Assembly: GCA_963769435.1 (NCBI GenBank)
Contig: CAVYLN010000001.1
Span: forward strand, 959,768 to 1,023,767
Reading direction: 5' to 3'
DNA length: 64,000 bases
Origin: an uncultured Actinomycetota bacterium
GTDB taxonomy: Bacteria > Actinomycetota > Actinomycetes > S36-B12 > UBA10799
The notes under the pieces were generated by a model, which did not search any database, was not told where the DNA came from, and saw only the letters and a list, made by a program, of their open reading frames with translations. Position numbers and translations under genes: made by a program. Numbering within the stretch: the stretch's first letter is position 1; every line of letters begins with the position of its first letter. Below, in pieces: positions 10,741-21,486 of this stretch.

Positions 10741-11127
10741 TCAATCGGTGCCGGCCGCGGTCGGTGGGGCCGCAACCATGGCCAGGGCGCGGGCGAATGC
10801 GGACACTGATCCGTCCAAACGGTCCAGTTGCTCCGGGCCGAGCAGCACCACCAGATCGGTGTCCGTGCGGCCCAGAACCACCGGACTGCCCGCCGCGGCG
10901 ACCCTGGCCGCGACATCCGCCGGCATTTCGTTCAGGTGATACAGACGGAACGGAACCCCGAGCGTATCGACGTACGCGTCCCACTGCTTCTTGCGCCGCA
11001 CCGGGGAGTGGGTGATGTCGCACAAGGCACAATGTGTGCGCCCCAGGATGTGTCCGACCACGTACTTGGCCTCGCCGACGAGACCACCGTCCGCGTGGTA
11101 GATCCCGATGTACTCCGTGATCGCCAT
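10741..11127 (-). CDS. Hypothetical protein with CxxC (HCALCDITH)
   Basis: MAITEYIGIYHADGGLVGE... compact soluble ORF; start inferred at ATG 11127. Confidence 0.7.
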   Translation of the reverse strand: MAITEYIGIYHADGGLVGEAKYVVGHILGRTHCALCDITHSPVRRKKQWDAYVDTLGVPFRLYHLNEMPADVAARVAAAGSPVVLGRTDTDLVVLLGPEQLDRLDGSVSAFARALAMVAAPPTAAGTD

Positions 11128-11176
11128 GGGTCCAGCCTGCGACGCCCTGGACGACCCCGCAACTAGACTCGTGCGC

Positions 11177-11542
11177 GTGAAGGCGTGGGTGGCTGCGGTC
11201 CTGGACTTCGTTTGCGTGCTGGTCTTTGTCGCGGTGGGGATCCGGGCACATTCCGAATCCGACTCGGTCGTGCAGGTCGCGGCCCCGTTCCTGGCTGCAC
11301 TGGCGCTCGGATGGATCATCGCGATACCGCTGCGTCCCCCGGAGTCGCTGCGGGCCGGCCTCGTGATCTGGATCATGACCCTGGTCGGCGGCATGCTGTT
11401 GCGGCGCACGTTCGGTGAGGGCACCGCCGCCGCCTTCATCGCCGTGGCGACCGTGTTCCTGGCGCTGACGATGTTGGGGTGGCGCGGGATCGCCTCGCTG
11501 GTGCTACGGCGTCGAGCCGCGGACACTGCCTCTGCGGGCTGA
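11177..11542 (+). CDS. DUF3054-family membrane protein
   Basis: D..CVLVFVAVGIRAH, AAPFL...LGW, GMLLR, F..VA..FL...MLGWR pattern; TAGACT -10 element 7 nt upstream. Confidence 0.8.
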   Translation: MKAWVAAVLDFVCVLVFVAVGIRAHSESDSVVQVAAPFLAALALGWIIAIPLRPPESLRAGLVIWIMTLVGGMLLRRTFGEGTAAAFIAVATVFLALTMLGWRGIASLVLRRRAADTASAG

Positions 11543-11551
11543 TCGGGGCGC

Positions 11552-12442
11552 TCAGCCCGTCTGTCGGATGTCGATGCGCACCGTTCGTCCCACCGCGGGC
11601 ACGGATCGGGTGTCGGTGACATACGACACCGTTTGGCCGGCCACGGTGCCGGACACCAGGAATCGCCCGTCATCGAAGGTCCGGCCGGTGACGCGCAGTT
11701 CCCACCTGCCTTCCTGGCTCTCCTGCAACCGCTCCGGCGGGTACGCGACGCCGTCGAGGACCGAGAGCCCGACCAATCGCGCGACGTAGTCGTCGACGGG
11801 TGCGTTCCACAACTCGTCAGCCGTGCCCACCTGGACGAGTCGCCCCTGCTTGAGCACGGCCACCCTGTCGGCCATCGTGAATGCCTCGTGCCGATCGTGC
11901 GTGACGGCCAGCACGGTCATCGCCCTGTCTCGCAGCAGCCGCTGGACGTCCAGTACGAGTTCCGCCTTCAACACCGCGTCCAGGGCGCCGAACGGTTCGT
12001 CGAGCAGAACCACTGCCGGGGCCGGGGCCATCGCCCTGGCCAGTGCCACACGCTGTGCCTGACCGCCACTGAGCGTGTCCACCGCCCTGTCCTCGAAACC
12101 CGCCAGCCCCACCAGGTCGATCATCTCGGCGATGCGGACGGCATCCCTGGCCGCCACCCCGAACCCCACGTTCTCCGCGACGTTCAGGTGCGGGAACAGC
12201 AGGTCGTCCTGGAACATCATCCCCACGGTCCGCCGGTGGGTGGGGACACCTTCCAACGCGCGACCGGCCACCTCGATGCGGCCGGTGTAGTCGACCAGAC
12301 CGGCGACCGCACGAAGCAGTGTGGACTTGCCGCCCCCGCTGGGTCCCAGGATGCAGACGATCTCACCCTGTGCCACCTCCAGGTCCACATGGTGGAGGAT
12401 CGGCTGGTCGTAGGCGACCGACACGTCCGTCAGATGCAGCAT
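11552..12442 (-). CDS. thiQ: Thiamine ABC transporter ATP-binding protein
   Basis: GPSGGGKST, LSGGQAQRVALAR, LLDEP; operon under TPP riboswitch. Confidence 0.85.
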   Translation of the reverse strand: MLHLTDVSVAYDQPILHHVDLEVAQGEIVCILGPSGGGKSTLLRAVAGLVDYTGRIEVAGRALEGVPTHRRTVGMMFQDDLLFPHLNVAENVGFGVAARDAVRIAEMIDLVGLAGFEDRAVDTLSGGQAQRVALARAMAPAPAVVLLDEPFGALDAVLKAELVLDVQRLLRDRAMTVLAVTHDRHEAFTMADRVAVLKQGRLVQVGTADELWNAPVDDYVARLVGLSVLDGVAYPPERLQESQEGRWELRVTGRTFDDGRFLVSGTVAGQTVSYVTDTRSVPAVGRTVRIDIRQTG

Positions 12443-14031
12443 CAGAAACCCACCGCCCGATTGAGGCGCACCCGGTCGATCGCCACCACCACCGCGACGG
12501 TCAGCATCAGCAACAGGGCTCCCGCCGCGTAGGCCGCGGCAACCGTCACGGCCCCCGGCCTGGCCAGAAGCCGGGAGATCGCCACCGGCAGGGTCGGGTC
12601 GGCCGGGCTGGCCAGGAAGACGGTCGCCCCGAACTCCCCGATCGTCACCGCGAACGCGAATCCCGTCGCCACCAGCACCGCCGGCAGGACCAGCGGTACG
12701 GCCACGGACCTCAGGGCGTTCACCGGCGACCGACCCAGCACGGCCGCTACGTGCAGGTACCTCCGGTCGAAGCCCTGGAGTGCCGGTGCCAGAACCCGCA
12801 CGACGAACGGCATGGCGACCAACGACTGGGCCAGCACGATCAACAGGCCGGTGTTGCGCAGGTCGATCGGAGGGCGACCGAAAGCGAGCAGCATGCCCAG
12901 CCCGACGGTGACCGCAGAGGTGCCCAGCGGCAGCAGCAGCATCGCGTCGACCGAGCGCAGCCACCTGCCGCGGCCGCTGAAGGCCAGCCCGAAGGCGGCC
13001 ATCCCACCGATCGTCACCGCGATCAGGGTGGCCGCTGCGGCCGTGCGCAGCGACGCGACCACCGCCGACCAGGGATCCACCGAGTTCGTACTCGTCCCTT
13101 GCGCGAACAGGGTCTGCCACCCCAGCGTGGTCCATTGTCCGTCGATGGTCAGCGATCGGACCAGCACGATCAGCAGAGGTGCCAGCACCGCCACGCAGGT
13201 GAGTGTCACGATGACCGTCACACCGGTCCACTGCCGCCATCCGTGCGGGGGTCGGGCCACATCCACGGCCGGCCCGCTGACCACCGACGCGGTGTTGCCC
13301 ACGACCGCGAGCATCGCGACGACGGCGAGCAACTGCAACAACGACAGCGCCGCCGCGGCCGGCAGGTCCAGCAGGAAGGCCGTCTGGCGGTAGATCTCCA
13401 CCTCGAGCGTCCTGAGTTGGCCCGCGCCCAGCACCTGCACGACGCCGAACGAGGTGAAACTGAACAGGAAGACGATCAGCGCCGACGAGCGCAGCCCGGG
13501 CCGCAGCAGCGGCCAGGTCACCCGCCACCAGGCCTGCCAGCGCGAGGCCCCCAGCACCTGGGCCGCCTGCTCAAGTCCGGGCTCGATCGTCGCCAGGACA
13601 CTTCCCACCACTCTGATCACGACGGCGATGTTCAGGAAGACGTGTGCGATGACCAGCCCCCAGACCGATCCCGACAGGTCGACGGACAGCACCCCGTTCG
13701 GTCCGATCAGTGCCAGGAACGCTGCTGCGACAACCACCGTTGGCATAACGAACGGCACCAGTACGAGTGCCCGTACCAACGCCCGTCCGGGGAACTTGAA
13801 TCGCGCCAGCACGACGGCGGCCGGCATCGCCACGATCATCGTCGCCAGCGTCGACAGTGCGGCTTGGGCGATGGTGAAGCCGAGGATGCGCCATGTGCGG
13901 CCCGCGCCGATGACCGCCAGCATCGCCTCAGGCCCTTCCTGCACCCCGACCCTCACCACGGCGGCCACCGGGATGACGAACAGCAGGATCAGGAACAGCA
14001 GTGGGACCAGCAGCACGAGCCGCAGGATCAC
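12442..14031 (-). CDS. thiP: Thiamine ABC transporter permease (double domain)
   Basis: Two ABC permease halves (LEQAAQVLGAS; AAVLGRSP); GTG start overlaps thiB stop. Confidence 0.88.
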   Translation of the reverse strand: MILRLVLLVPLLFLILLFVIPVAAVVRVGVQEGPEAMLAVIGAGRTWRILGFTIAQAALSTLATMIVAMPAAVVLARFKFPGRALVRALVLVPFVMPTVVVAAAFLALIGPNGVLSVDLSGSVWGLVIAHVFLNIAVVIRVVGSVLATIEPGLEQAAQVLGASRWQAWWRVTWPLLRPGLRSSALIVFLFSFTSFGVVQVLGAGQLRTLEVEIYRQTAFLLDLPAAAALSLLQLLAVVAMLAVVGNTASVVSGPAVDVARPPHGWRQWTGVTVIVTLTCVAVLAPLLIVLVRSLTIDGQWTTLGWQTLFAQGTSTNSVDPWSAVVASLRTAAAATLIAVTIGGMAAFGLAFSGRGRWLRSVDAMLLLPLGTSAVTVGLGMLLAFGRPPIDLRNTGLLIVLAQSLVAMPFVVRVLAPALQGFDRRYLHVAAVLGRSPVNALRSVAVPLVLPAVLVATGFAFAVTIGEFGATVFLASPADPTLPVAISRLLARPGAVTVAAAYAAGALLLMLTVAVVVAIDRVRLNRAVGF

Positions 14032-15043
14032 TCCATGATTGCGGACCACTGATCGATCCATTCATCGCGGCCGGCGGCGATCTCATTCGGCTCCATCACC
14101 ACGGGATCAGCCGGTTGCGGCGCGTACTTGCCGGAACGCCGTGGGGACCTTCGCCCCCTCGATCACCGGGTAGACGAACATCTGCCCGCCGATGTCGTCC
14201 TGGAACGTCTTGGACAGCATGAAGTCGATGAACTGTTTCCCGCCCTGCTCGTTGCGGGCGCCGGCGAGCAGCCCCGCGTACTCCACCTGCTGGAAACACT
14301 GCGCATCGACGTTGGCCGTGGGCGGGGGCGCCTGCGGGTCCTCGGAGAACATCACCTCGGCCGCCGGGCTCGTGGAGTAGGACACGACGATCGGCCGATC
14401 GCCTTCGCCGGAGCCACCGGAGAACTGCCGGTAGTAGGCGTTGTCCCACCCATCGACCACCTTGACGCCGTTGGCCTTGAGGTCGCGCCAGTACTGCTGC
14501 CAGTCGTCCTGGGTTGCGACGGTACTGAGCAGGAAGGCGAGCCCCGGTGAGGACGTGGCGGGATTCTGCACGACGGTGAGATCCCGGTACTGGGCATCGA
14601 CGAGGTCGGCGGGACTGTTCGGAGCGGGTCGCTCGGCGAAGTACTTCGGTGTCGTAGTTGAGGCAGACCGCACCGGTGTCGATCGGCGTGACGCCGGGTG
14701 CGTCCTCGGCCAGGGCGGCTGGCGCTCCGGGAGCCTGGTAGTCCACGAAGACACCCGCGTCCTGCGTCCGGCTCAGGAACGTGTTGTCCACCCCGAACAG
14801 CACGTCGCCCTGCGGTGCGCCGGCCGACAGGATCGCCGAGTTGACGACCTGGCCGGCATCACCGTTCTGGACGATCTTGACGGTCAGGCCGCTGTCCCGC
14901 GTGAACTCTTGGAGGACTTCCTTCGACACCGCGAAGGAGTCATGGGTCACGACCACAACTTCGGTCACCGGCGCGGCCTGTGGCTGCTCCTGGCTCGAGC
15001 AGGCCGCGAGTGCGATGGTCAGGGATGCGATGAGTAGGCGCAC
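14028..15043 (-). CDS. thiB: Thiamine ABC transporter substrate-binding lipoprotein, frameshifts near 14650 and 14135
   Basis: Lipobox LAAC, VVTHDSF, GDAGQ, FGVDNTFL, NPATSSPGLAFL, CFQQVEYAG; reconstructed C-terminus ...RDEWIDQWSAIME*. Confidence 0.88.
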
Positions 15044-15045
15044 GT

Positions 15046-15137
15046 TTCCTCCGCTGGCATTACCCAGATCAGGTTGTGTGGGTCGGCCACGCGGACGGTG
15101 ACCCTCTCAGCCCGGCTGACCCGAGCTCCCCATGTGG
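15046..15137 (-). ncRNA. TPP riboswitch (THI box)
   Basis: Minus strand reads GGGAGC..GGCTGAGAG...GACCC.. AACCTGATCTGGGTAATGCCAGCGGAGGA, immediately upstream of thiB and overlapping its SD. Confidence 0.95.
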
Positions 15138-15189
15138 TCCCAGGGTATCGCCGGATGTCCCGTGCCGGACAGGGGTACCTTGGGAGGCC

Positions 15190-15826
15190 ATGGACGCTGA
15201 GTGGTTCGGCTACGCGGGGGCGGTCCTCATGACGTCCATGTCCCTGCCGCAGATCGCCCGGATCGTGCGCGACCACAGCGCAGCAGGTGTGAGCCTGCTG
15301 ACGTGGACCATCTTCGCCATGTCCGGGACGAGTTGGCTGGCGTACGGGCTGATCCTGCAGGCGCCTGCCATCATCATCGGCAACGTGGCGTTCATCGCGA
15401 CCACGGTTCCGGTCGTGAGCCTGCTCCTGCGGCGGCAGCGCACGTGGCCCGTGCCGCTCGCGGCCACTGTCCCGATCGGGACGGTGGCGATTCTGGTGGC
15501 GGCCCTCGTGCAACTGCCCGGGGCCGTCTCGTCCGGACTCGGGGTCGTGTGCGGGGTCCTGACGACAGTGCCCCAACTCATCGAGTCGATCGGCCGGCAA
15601 GCGCGCGGGTGCGGTCTCCGAGGTGTCCTTGGCCACCCTCTTCCTGCTGCTGGGCGGGCAGTCGCTCTGGCTGGCGTACGGGCTGGCGCGTCCGGATCTG
15701 CCGATGATCGTCACGAACGTCATCGCCGTCTCGGTGACACTGTCCCTGATCGCCGTCCAATCCCGCCCGCCCGCCACACCGGATGCGGAACGATCCTCGC
15801 CTGTACATATACCCCCTGGGGTATAG
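15190..15826 (+). CDS. PQ-loop/SWEET-like transporter with two PQ repeats, frameshift near 15610
   Basis: MSLPQIARI..AGVS..WLAYG and TTVPQLIES..VS..WLAYG repeats. Confidence 0.75.
15808..15825. promoter_or_regulatory. CsoR/RicR/CstR-type operator overlapping a TATAGT -10 element
   Basis: Palindrome TATACCCC-CT-GGGGTATA (perfect 8-bp arms); TATAGT at 15822-15827, ATG 7 nt later. Confidence 0.75.
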
Positions 15827-15834
15827 TTGAGGGC

Positions 15835-16374
15835 ATGCCGACCTGCCCACTCAGCGCATTCGCCACGTGGAGCCTGCGGCGGTGGGTGGTCGCGGCCACG
15901 GTCGCAGTTGCCACCTTCCTGCTACTGGGACTCAGCACGGCGGTCATCCCCAACCCGGTGTTCGGACGAAGCATCCCGCCCACGAGTTGGGCCCTCAACG
16001 TCCTGATCGCGACCTCGGTTCTCACGGGACTGCTGACGGCGACATACGTGTCCGCAACCGCACCGTCCGGCATCGACAAGCGCGGCAGCGTGGGTGCTTT
16101 GCTCGCCTATCTGGCGATCGGATGCCCGGTCTGCAACAAGCTCGCGCTTGTGGCCCTCGGTGCCACCGGTGCGGTACAGGTCTTCGCCCCGATGCAGCCC
16201 TATCTGGCGGCTGCCGGGATCCTGGCCCTGCTCTGGGCCCTGGCGATCCGGCTGCGCGGCGAGATGTCGTGCGCGTGGGTGCCACCGACCGGCGACGTGG
16301 ACGTCTCGACCGTCAGCTCTGACGAGCCCCAGACCACGTCCGACGACCGGCCCGACGCGACGGTTGCGCCGTGA
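15835..16374 (+). CDS. Membrane protein with GCPVCNK motif
   Basis: About four TM segments, IPNPVFGR, LAIGCPVCNKL, FAPMQP; probably leaderless. Confidence 0.8.
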   Translation: MPTCPLSAFATWSLRRWVVAATVAVATFLLLGLSTAVIPNPVFGRSIPPTSWALNVLIATSVLTGLLTATYVSATAPSGIDKRGSVGALLAYLAIGCPVCNKLALVALGATGAVQVFAPMQPYLAAAGILALLWALAIRLRGEMSCAWVPPTGDVDVSTVSSDEPQTTSDDRPDATVAP

Positions 16375-17390
16375 GTTTTCGACTCGATTCCTTCGCGCCG
16401 AACTGGGGCGCCTCCGTCATGGGCACCTCCGTGGTCGCGGTCGCCACAGCAGCCATCGGCTGGCCGGTCTGGATCTCGCGCGCCCTGCTGGTGGTTGCAT
16501 CCCTGATGGCAGTCCTGGTGCTGATCGCCACAGCGGCCCGGTGGATCAGGCACCGCGACCTCGCGATGGCCGATCTGCGTCACCCGGTGAAAGGCGGCAT
16601 GTCGGCCACCGTCGCAGGTGGCCTGCTCGCGTGGGCGGTGGCGGTGGGAAGAGTGGGCGAAGGCTGGCTTCCGGACGGCTTGGTGACCTCAGGCGTGGCC
16701 GTTCTGACGGTGACCGGCGGTGCCTTGGCGTTGCTGATCGGCTGGGAGTTCATGGTCAACCTGTTCACCGCGGAGGGGACCCCCACCGAGCAGATCACCG
16801 GAGCCTGGTTCATCCCACCGGTCGTGACCATCATCATCCCGCTGGCCCTGGTGCCACTGGCCCTCCAGGTCCCGAACCTCTCGGCGGACCTGCTGGCACT
16901 CGGCTGGGCCTTCCTCGGGATGGGCGCGGTCCTGTATCTGGTAGTCACCGCCGTCCTGTTCCTCCGGACCGTTTCCCACCCACTGCCGCCCGACGCGCTG
17001 GCGCCCACGTTGTTCATCGGCATGGGCCCCGCTGGGCTGATGGGCCTGGACATGATCCGGCTGGCCCAGGCCTCCGGCAACCCGCAACTGGTCGATGCGA
17101 TGCTCCCTCTGGCCACCATGATGTGGGGCTTCGGCTTCTGGTGGATGGTGGCCGCCCTGCTGGTGATCCGCCGGGGCTACGGAACGCTGCCCTTCTCCTT
17201 GTCGTGGTGGGGCTTCGTGTTCCCCTTCGGCGCCTGGACGGTAGCTACGGCACTGCTGGCCCAGACCTGGGAAGCAGGACTGTTCGACATCCTGGCTTGG
17301 GCATCTGCGATCACCCTGTGCGCCATGTGGCTGGTCACCGCGGTCCGCACCGTTGCGGGCATTCGGAGCGGCACGATCTGGTCGCACTGA
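16371..17390 (+). CDS. TDT/SLAC1-family anion transporter (tellurite-resistance/dicarboxylate/sulfite efflux)
   Basis: PNWGASVMGT, WFIPPV, FSLSWWGFVFPFG; about 10 TM; GTGA-coupled to upstream gene. Confidence 0.9.
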   Translation: MSFRLDSFAPNWGASVMGTSVVAVATAAIGWPVWISRALLVVASLMAVLVLIATAARWIRHRDLAMADLRHPVKGGMSATVAGGLLAWAVAVGRVGEGWLPDGLVTSGVAVLTVTGGALALLIGWEFMVNLFTAEGTPTEQITGAWFIPPVVTIIIPLALVPLALQVPNLSADLLALGWAFLGMGAVLYLVVTAVLFLRTVSHPLPPDALAPTLFIGMGPAGLMGLDMIRLAQASGNPQLVDAMLPLATMMWGFGFWWMVAALLVIRRGYGTLPFSLSWWGFVFPFGAWTVATALLAQTWEAGLFDILAWASAITLCAMWLVTAVRTVAGIRSGTIWSH

Positions 17391-17501
17391 GGCCCGCGGT
17401 CCACCTCGCGGCGCGTCGCCACCGATCCTGATTCCGGTCTCGGCCGGCTGTCCACTCCCTGCCGGCCGGGCTTGTCCACAGTTTCTGTTCGGGTCCGGGT
17501 T

Positions 17502-17524
17502 TTGTCGTACGTGCGTTCTAGTCT
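17502..17524 (+). promoter_or_regulatory. PafBC/RecA-NDp-like DNA-damage promoter of the HNH gene
   Basis: TGTCGT-N10-TA-N3-T (TTGTCGTACGTGCGTTCTAGTCT); same architecture as the radA promoter at 42310. Confidence 0.6.
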
Positions 17525-17555
17525 GGGGGTGGTTGATCAGAAGGGGGTGGACGGG

Positions 17556-18789
17556 ATGGACGGGTTCTTCGAGGTTTCGATGGCAGCACGGCGGCGGGCG
17601 AAGATCCGCGCCTCGCTACCCACCGACCCGCCGGAGCAGGTGTTCGACCAGCGTGGCGGCCGCGATCGGCGCACTGCCGGACCCGGAGGTGCTGTGTGCC
17701 GAGGAACGCGCCGCCGCGATGACCGCGGTCGCGACCGCGCTGAACCAGATCCACGCCTACCTGAGCGATCTGGCCGATGCCGCCGATGCCCAGGGGGATT
17801 CGCGGGTGTTGCGGGCCGGGACCACCAGCACCCTGGTCGCCACCACCACCGGCAGCCACGCCGGCGGTCGGGGCCGGGATCGTCCACACCGCCCAGACAA
17901 CTACGCGACCTGCCCGAAGTCGCCGACGCCTACCGGAAAGGCCAGATCTCCGGGATGCACGTACGCGCGATCCTGGACCACAGCCCCCACATCACCGACT
18001 TCGCCGCCCGACAAGGCGCAGTGGTCGCGCTGGCCTGCGCGACCGACCCCCGGGAAGTCGGGCAGGATCCTGCAGGTGATCGCCGACAACGACACCGACG
18101 GCCAGCACCCCACCTTGTCCTATGCCGCGCAACGTGACCGCCGTTCCGCACGGCTGTCGGCAGGCCCCAACGGCATGTGGCGACTCACCGCCCTACTCGA
18201 TGAGACCACCGGCGCGGTCCTCGCCGACGCCCTGGCCGCAGCCACCAGTGATGACACCGGCGACACCCTGCCCCAACGCCGCGCCGACGCCCTGACCGAC
18301 CTGATCGACGCCGGACACACCACCACCCGCCCACTCGGGGTGTCCGCGGTCAGCATCCTGATCGACGTCGAACACCTGCCCGACGGCACTGGTGCCCGAC
18401 TCCCCGACGGCACCCCGATCCTGCCCAACGATTTCGACTACTACAGCTGCGCGGCCGTGTGCTCGATCATCTTCGGCGTCCACCGCGACGACACCTTCCT
18501 CCCGCTGGCGCTCGGCCGCACCAAACGCCGCGCCACCGCCGCGCAATGGGCCGCCCTGATCGCCCGCGACCACGGCTGCATCCGCTGCGGCCGCCCACCC
18601 CGCTACTGCCAAGCCCACCACATCCACCACTGGAAACACGGCGGCACCACCGACCTGGCAAACCTCACCCTCTTGTGCTCCAGATGCCACCACGACCTCC
18701 ACCACGGCCGCTACACCATCACCATGAACCAAGGCGTCCCCCACATCACCCCCACCACCACCCGCGCACCACCAGCCAAAACCGCATGA
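17556..18789 (+). mobile_element. DUF222-HNH endonuclease gene (REP13E12-like element), several frameshifts
   Basis: QRRADAL, LALGRTKRRAT, RDHGCIRCG...CQAHHIHHWKHGGTTDLANLTLLCSRCHH; strong C/A skew unlike neighbours. Confidence 0.85.
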
Positions 18790-18882
18790 CGGCAGGGCGG
18801 GACAGCCCGCTCGCCTACGACGAGTACATGCGATCTCCGCCGGCCGGACACGCAGCCAAGCCGGCATGACCGGATCGGTTTC

Positions 18883-21421
18883 CTACTCCGTCGCGATCGC
18901 CGCGAGAATGTCCAGCCGAGCCGCCCGACGGGCCGGCAGAGCGGCAGCGAAGATACCCAGGAGAACCGCCAGCACCATGATCACAATCACCGTTGCCACC
19001 GGGATCACCAGCACTTCGATACCGTCACCGGCCAGCGCCTCACGCAGACTGATACCGGCCACCAGACCCACCAGGACACCCACGACCGCGCCCGTCAGCG
19101 CGACCAGAATGGCCTCCCAACGGATCATCCGCCTGACCTGCCGGCGGGACAGTCCCACCGCCCGCAGCAGGCCGATCTCGCGGGTCCTCTCAAGGACGGA
19201 CAACGCCATCGTGTTCACCACCCCGAGTGCGGCGATGATGATTGAGAGCCCGAGCATGCCGTAGATGAGATACAGCAACTGGTTGATCTGCTGTGTGTTC
19301 TGCTCTTTGATCGACGCCTGGTCCAGAACCTGCAGCAGAGGGTTCTCGTCGGTGACCTCCTCCACAGCGGGCAGGGCAGTGGCAGGGTCCGCCTCCGGAT
19401 CCAGCGTGACGTACAGCAACGTGTCTTGTGCGGCACCACCGACCGAGCGGTAGTCCTCTTTCGGGATGATCAGGCCGCCCAACAGTCCGGCCTCAGTGGG
19501 CACGAATACCCCCTCCAGCGTGAAACTGCGGGTCTGTCCAGACGGGAACAGGACTGAGACCCTGTCGCCGACCTCGAGCCCGTTCTCAGTCTGCCCAGTC
19601 CTGGTCGGCGATCGCCGTCCCCTGCGTGAGCGAGTCGATCCGGCCGGACGCGACCTCCAAGTCGAAGGCCGACGTCACCGGCCCGCCACCCATAGCCGTG
19701 ATCAGCTGGTCCTCTCCGTCCACACGGGCCGGACCCTGCGACTGCGATACCACGTACTCGACGTCGGGCACGTCCCGCAGCCGGTCCGCGATCTGCGTGC
19801 TGAACGGGTTGCCGGTCTGCGTGGCGACGATGTAGTCGGCGCCGAACGCACGGTCGATCAGGTCGTTGATGGATTCCCTGGCTGAGGCCACCACAACGGT
19901 CACAGTGGTGACCAGGGCAAGCCCGATCAACAGCGCCGAGGCGGTCGCCGCGACGCGACGCGGCCCCCGCTGAGCGTTGCGGCCCGCCAACTCCCCGGAC
20001 ACGCCGCCCACGGCCATGAGCCTGCTGGCGACCTTGGCCGCACCCATCGCCAGAACCGGCGCGAGGAACACCGCCGCCACCAGCAAACCCAGCGCGGAGA
20101 AGGCCACGCGGCTCACACTCGGGTCGTCGGCGAACGCTCCGGCCAGGCCGATACCGGCCACAATCAGGATGACCACACCGATAGCGGTGCGAAGCCGGCC
20201 CGGTCGCTCCACCGGGGTTTCCGCTTCGCGCAGGGCGGCCAGAGGCGGCGTGTGTGCCGCGCGCACGGCGGGCAGCAGTGCCGACGTAACGGTGACCACG
20301 ACCGCCAGCACCAACGCCCATACGACCGCCTGAGGCGTCAGTACCACTCCAGAGGTCAGGGAGAGCCCGATCTGTTTGAGCAGAGCGGTCAGTCCCAACG
20401 CCAGGCCGTAGCCGAGCGCGATACCGATGACGGCGGCGACCAGCGCGAGCAGCAGCGCCTCCAGCAGGACTGATGTCAGGACCTGGCGGCGGGATGCGCC
20501 GACCGCCCTGAGCAGCGCCATCTCCTTCCCACGCTGGGCCACGAGCATCGCGAACGTGTTGTAGATCAGGAACGCGGCGACGAACAGCGAGATCCCGGAG
20601 AATCCCAGCAGCACGTAGGTGATGAACCCGAGGCCTTGCCGCAGAGCGGACGCGGACTCCTCCACCTGCTGGTCACGCGTCTTCACGGTCCAGCCCTCGC
20701 CGAGATCCGCCGCGATGGAGTCGGCCACCTGCTGATCCGAGAAGCCGTCAGCCGCGGCGACTTCCACGAACTGCCACTGACCGGGTTCGGTGAACAGTTC
20801 CTGCGCGCGTTGTGGCGTGAACGCGGTGATCGTCGCCCCCGCCAGACTGCCAGTCTCCCCGTACTTGAAGACGCCGACCAGATCGACGGTGATCCTGCCC
20901 TTCGGGGTCACCATCCGGACTTCGCCCCCGACCGGGATGTCGAGTTTCGGGAATGTCACGTCGTCCACGACCACCTCGCGGTCGGCCTGCGGCGCCGTCC
21001 CCTGCGTGATCGTGGATACGGACAGGGCCGGATCAGCCTGCCAGTTGACCCCTGCGGCCGGCGGACCGTTGCCGCCCACCACGTCGCCGTCCTTGTCGAG
21101 CAGGTATGCGCCGTTCTGGAAGATTCCGCCGTCAGCCGCGAGGACACCTTCGACCTCGGAAACCTGATCAACCTCCTCCTGCGAGATCAGCAGGACCGCG
21201 TCGTCACCGGTGCTCTGGGTGATGTCCTCGGCGACGGCGGCGGTGCGGGTGACCAGCACGTCCTGCGCGCCGCTCTCGAAGATGTCCGTGAATGTGCGGT
21301 CGAGGGCGTTGGTCAGCATCAGCATGCCGGTGATGAAAGCGACGCCGAGGAACACCGCGGCCGCAGTGAGCAACAGACGGAGCTTGTGCGCGCCGAGGCT
21401 GCGCAGGGCGATTGTGAGCAT
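18883..21421 (-). CDS. FtsX-like ABC transporter permease (two MacB/FtsX repeats), frameshift near 19590
   Basis: AHKLRLLLT, LIYNTF..LVAQR..EMALLRAVGASRRQV, VVNTMALSVLERTREIGLLRAVG. Confidence 0.9.
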
Positions 21422-21486
21422 CCCTTCGAGCGTAGTCGTCGCCCTCCGGTCCCGCGATATCCGCCCGAACCGGGCGCGGGTGCCGC

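Noticed and set aside
17391-18882. Terminal inverted repeats or target-site duplication around the HNH element
   Set aside because: None found by eye, so element boundaries remain undefined
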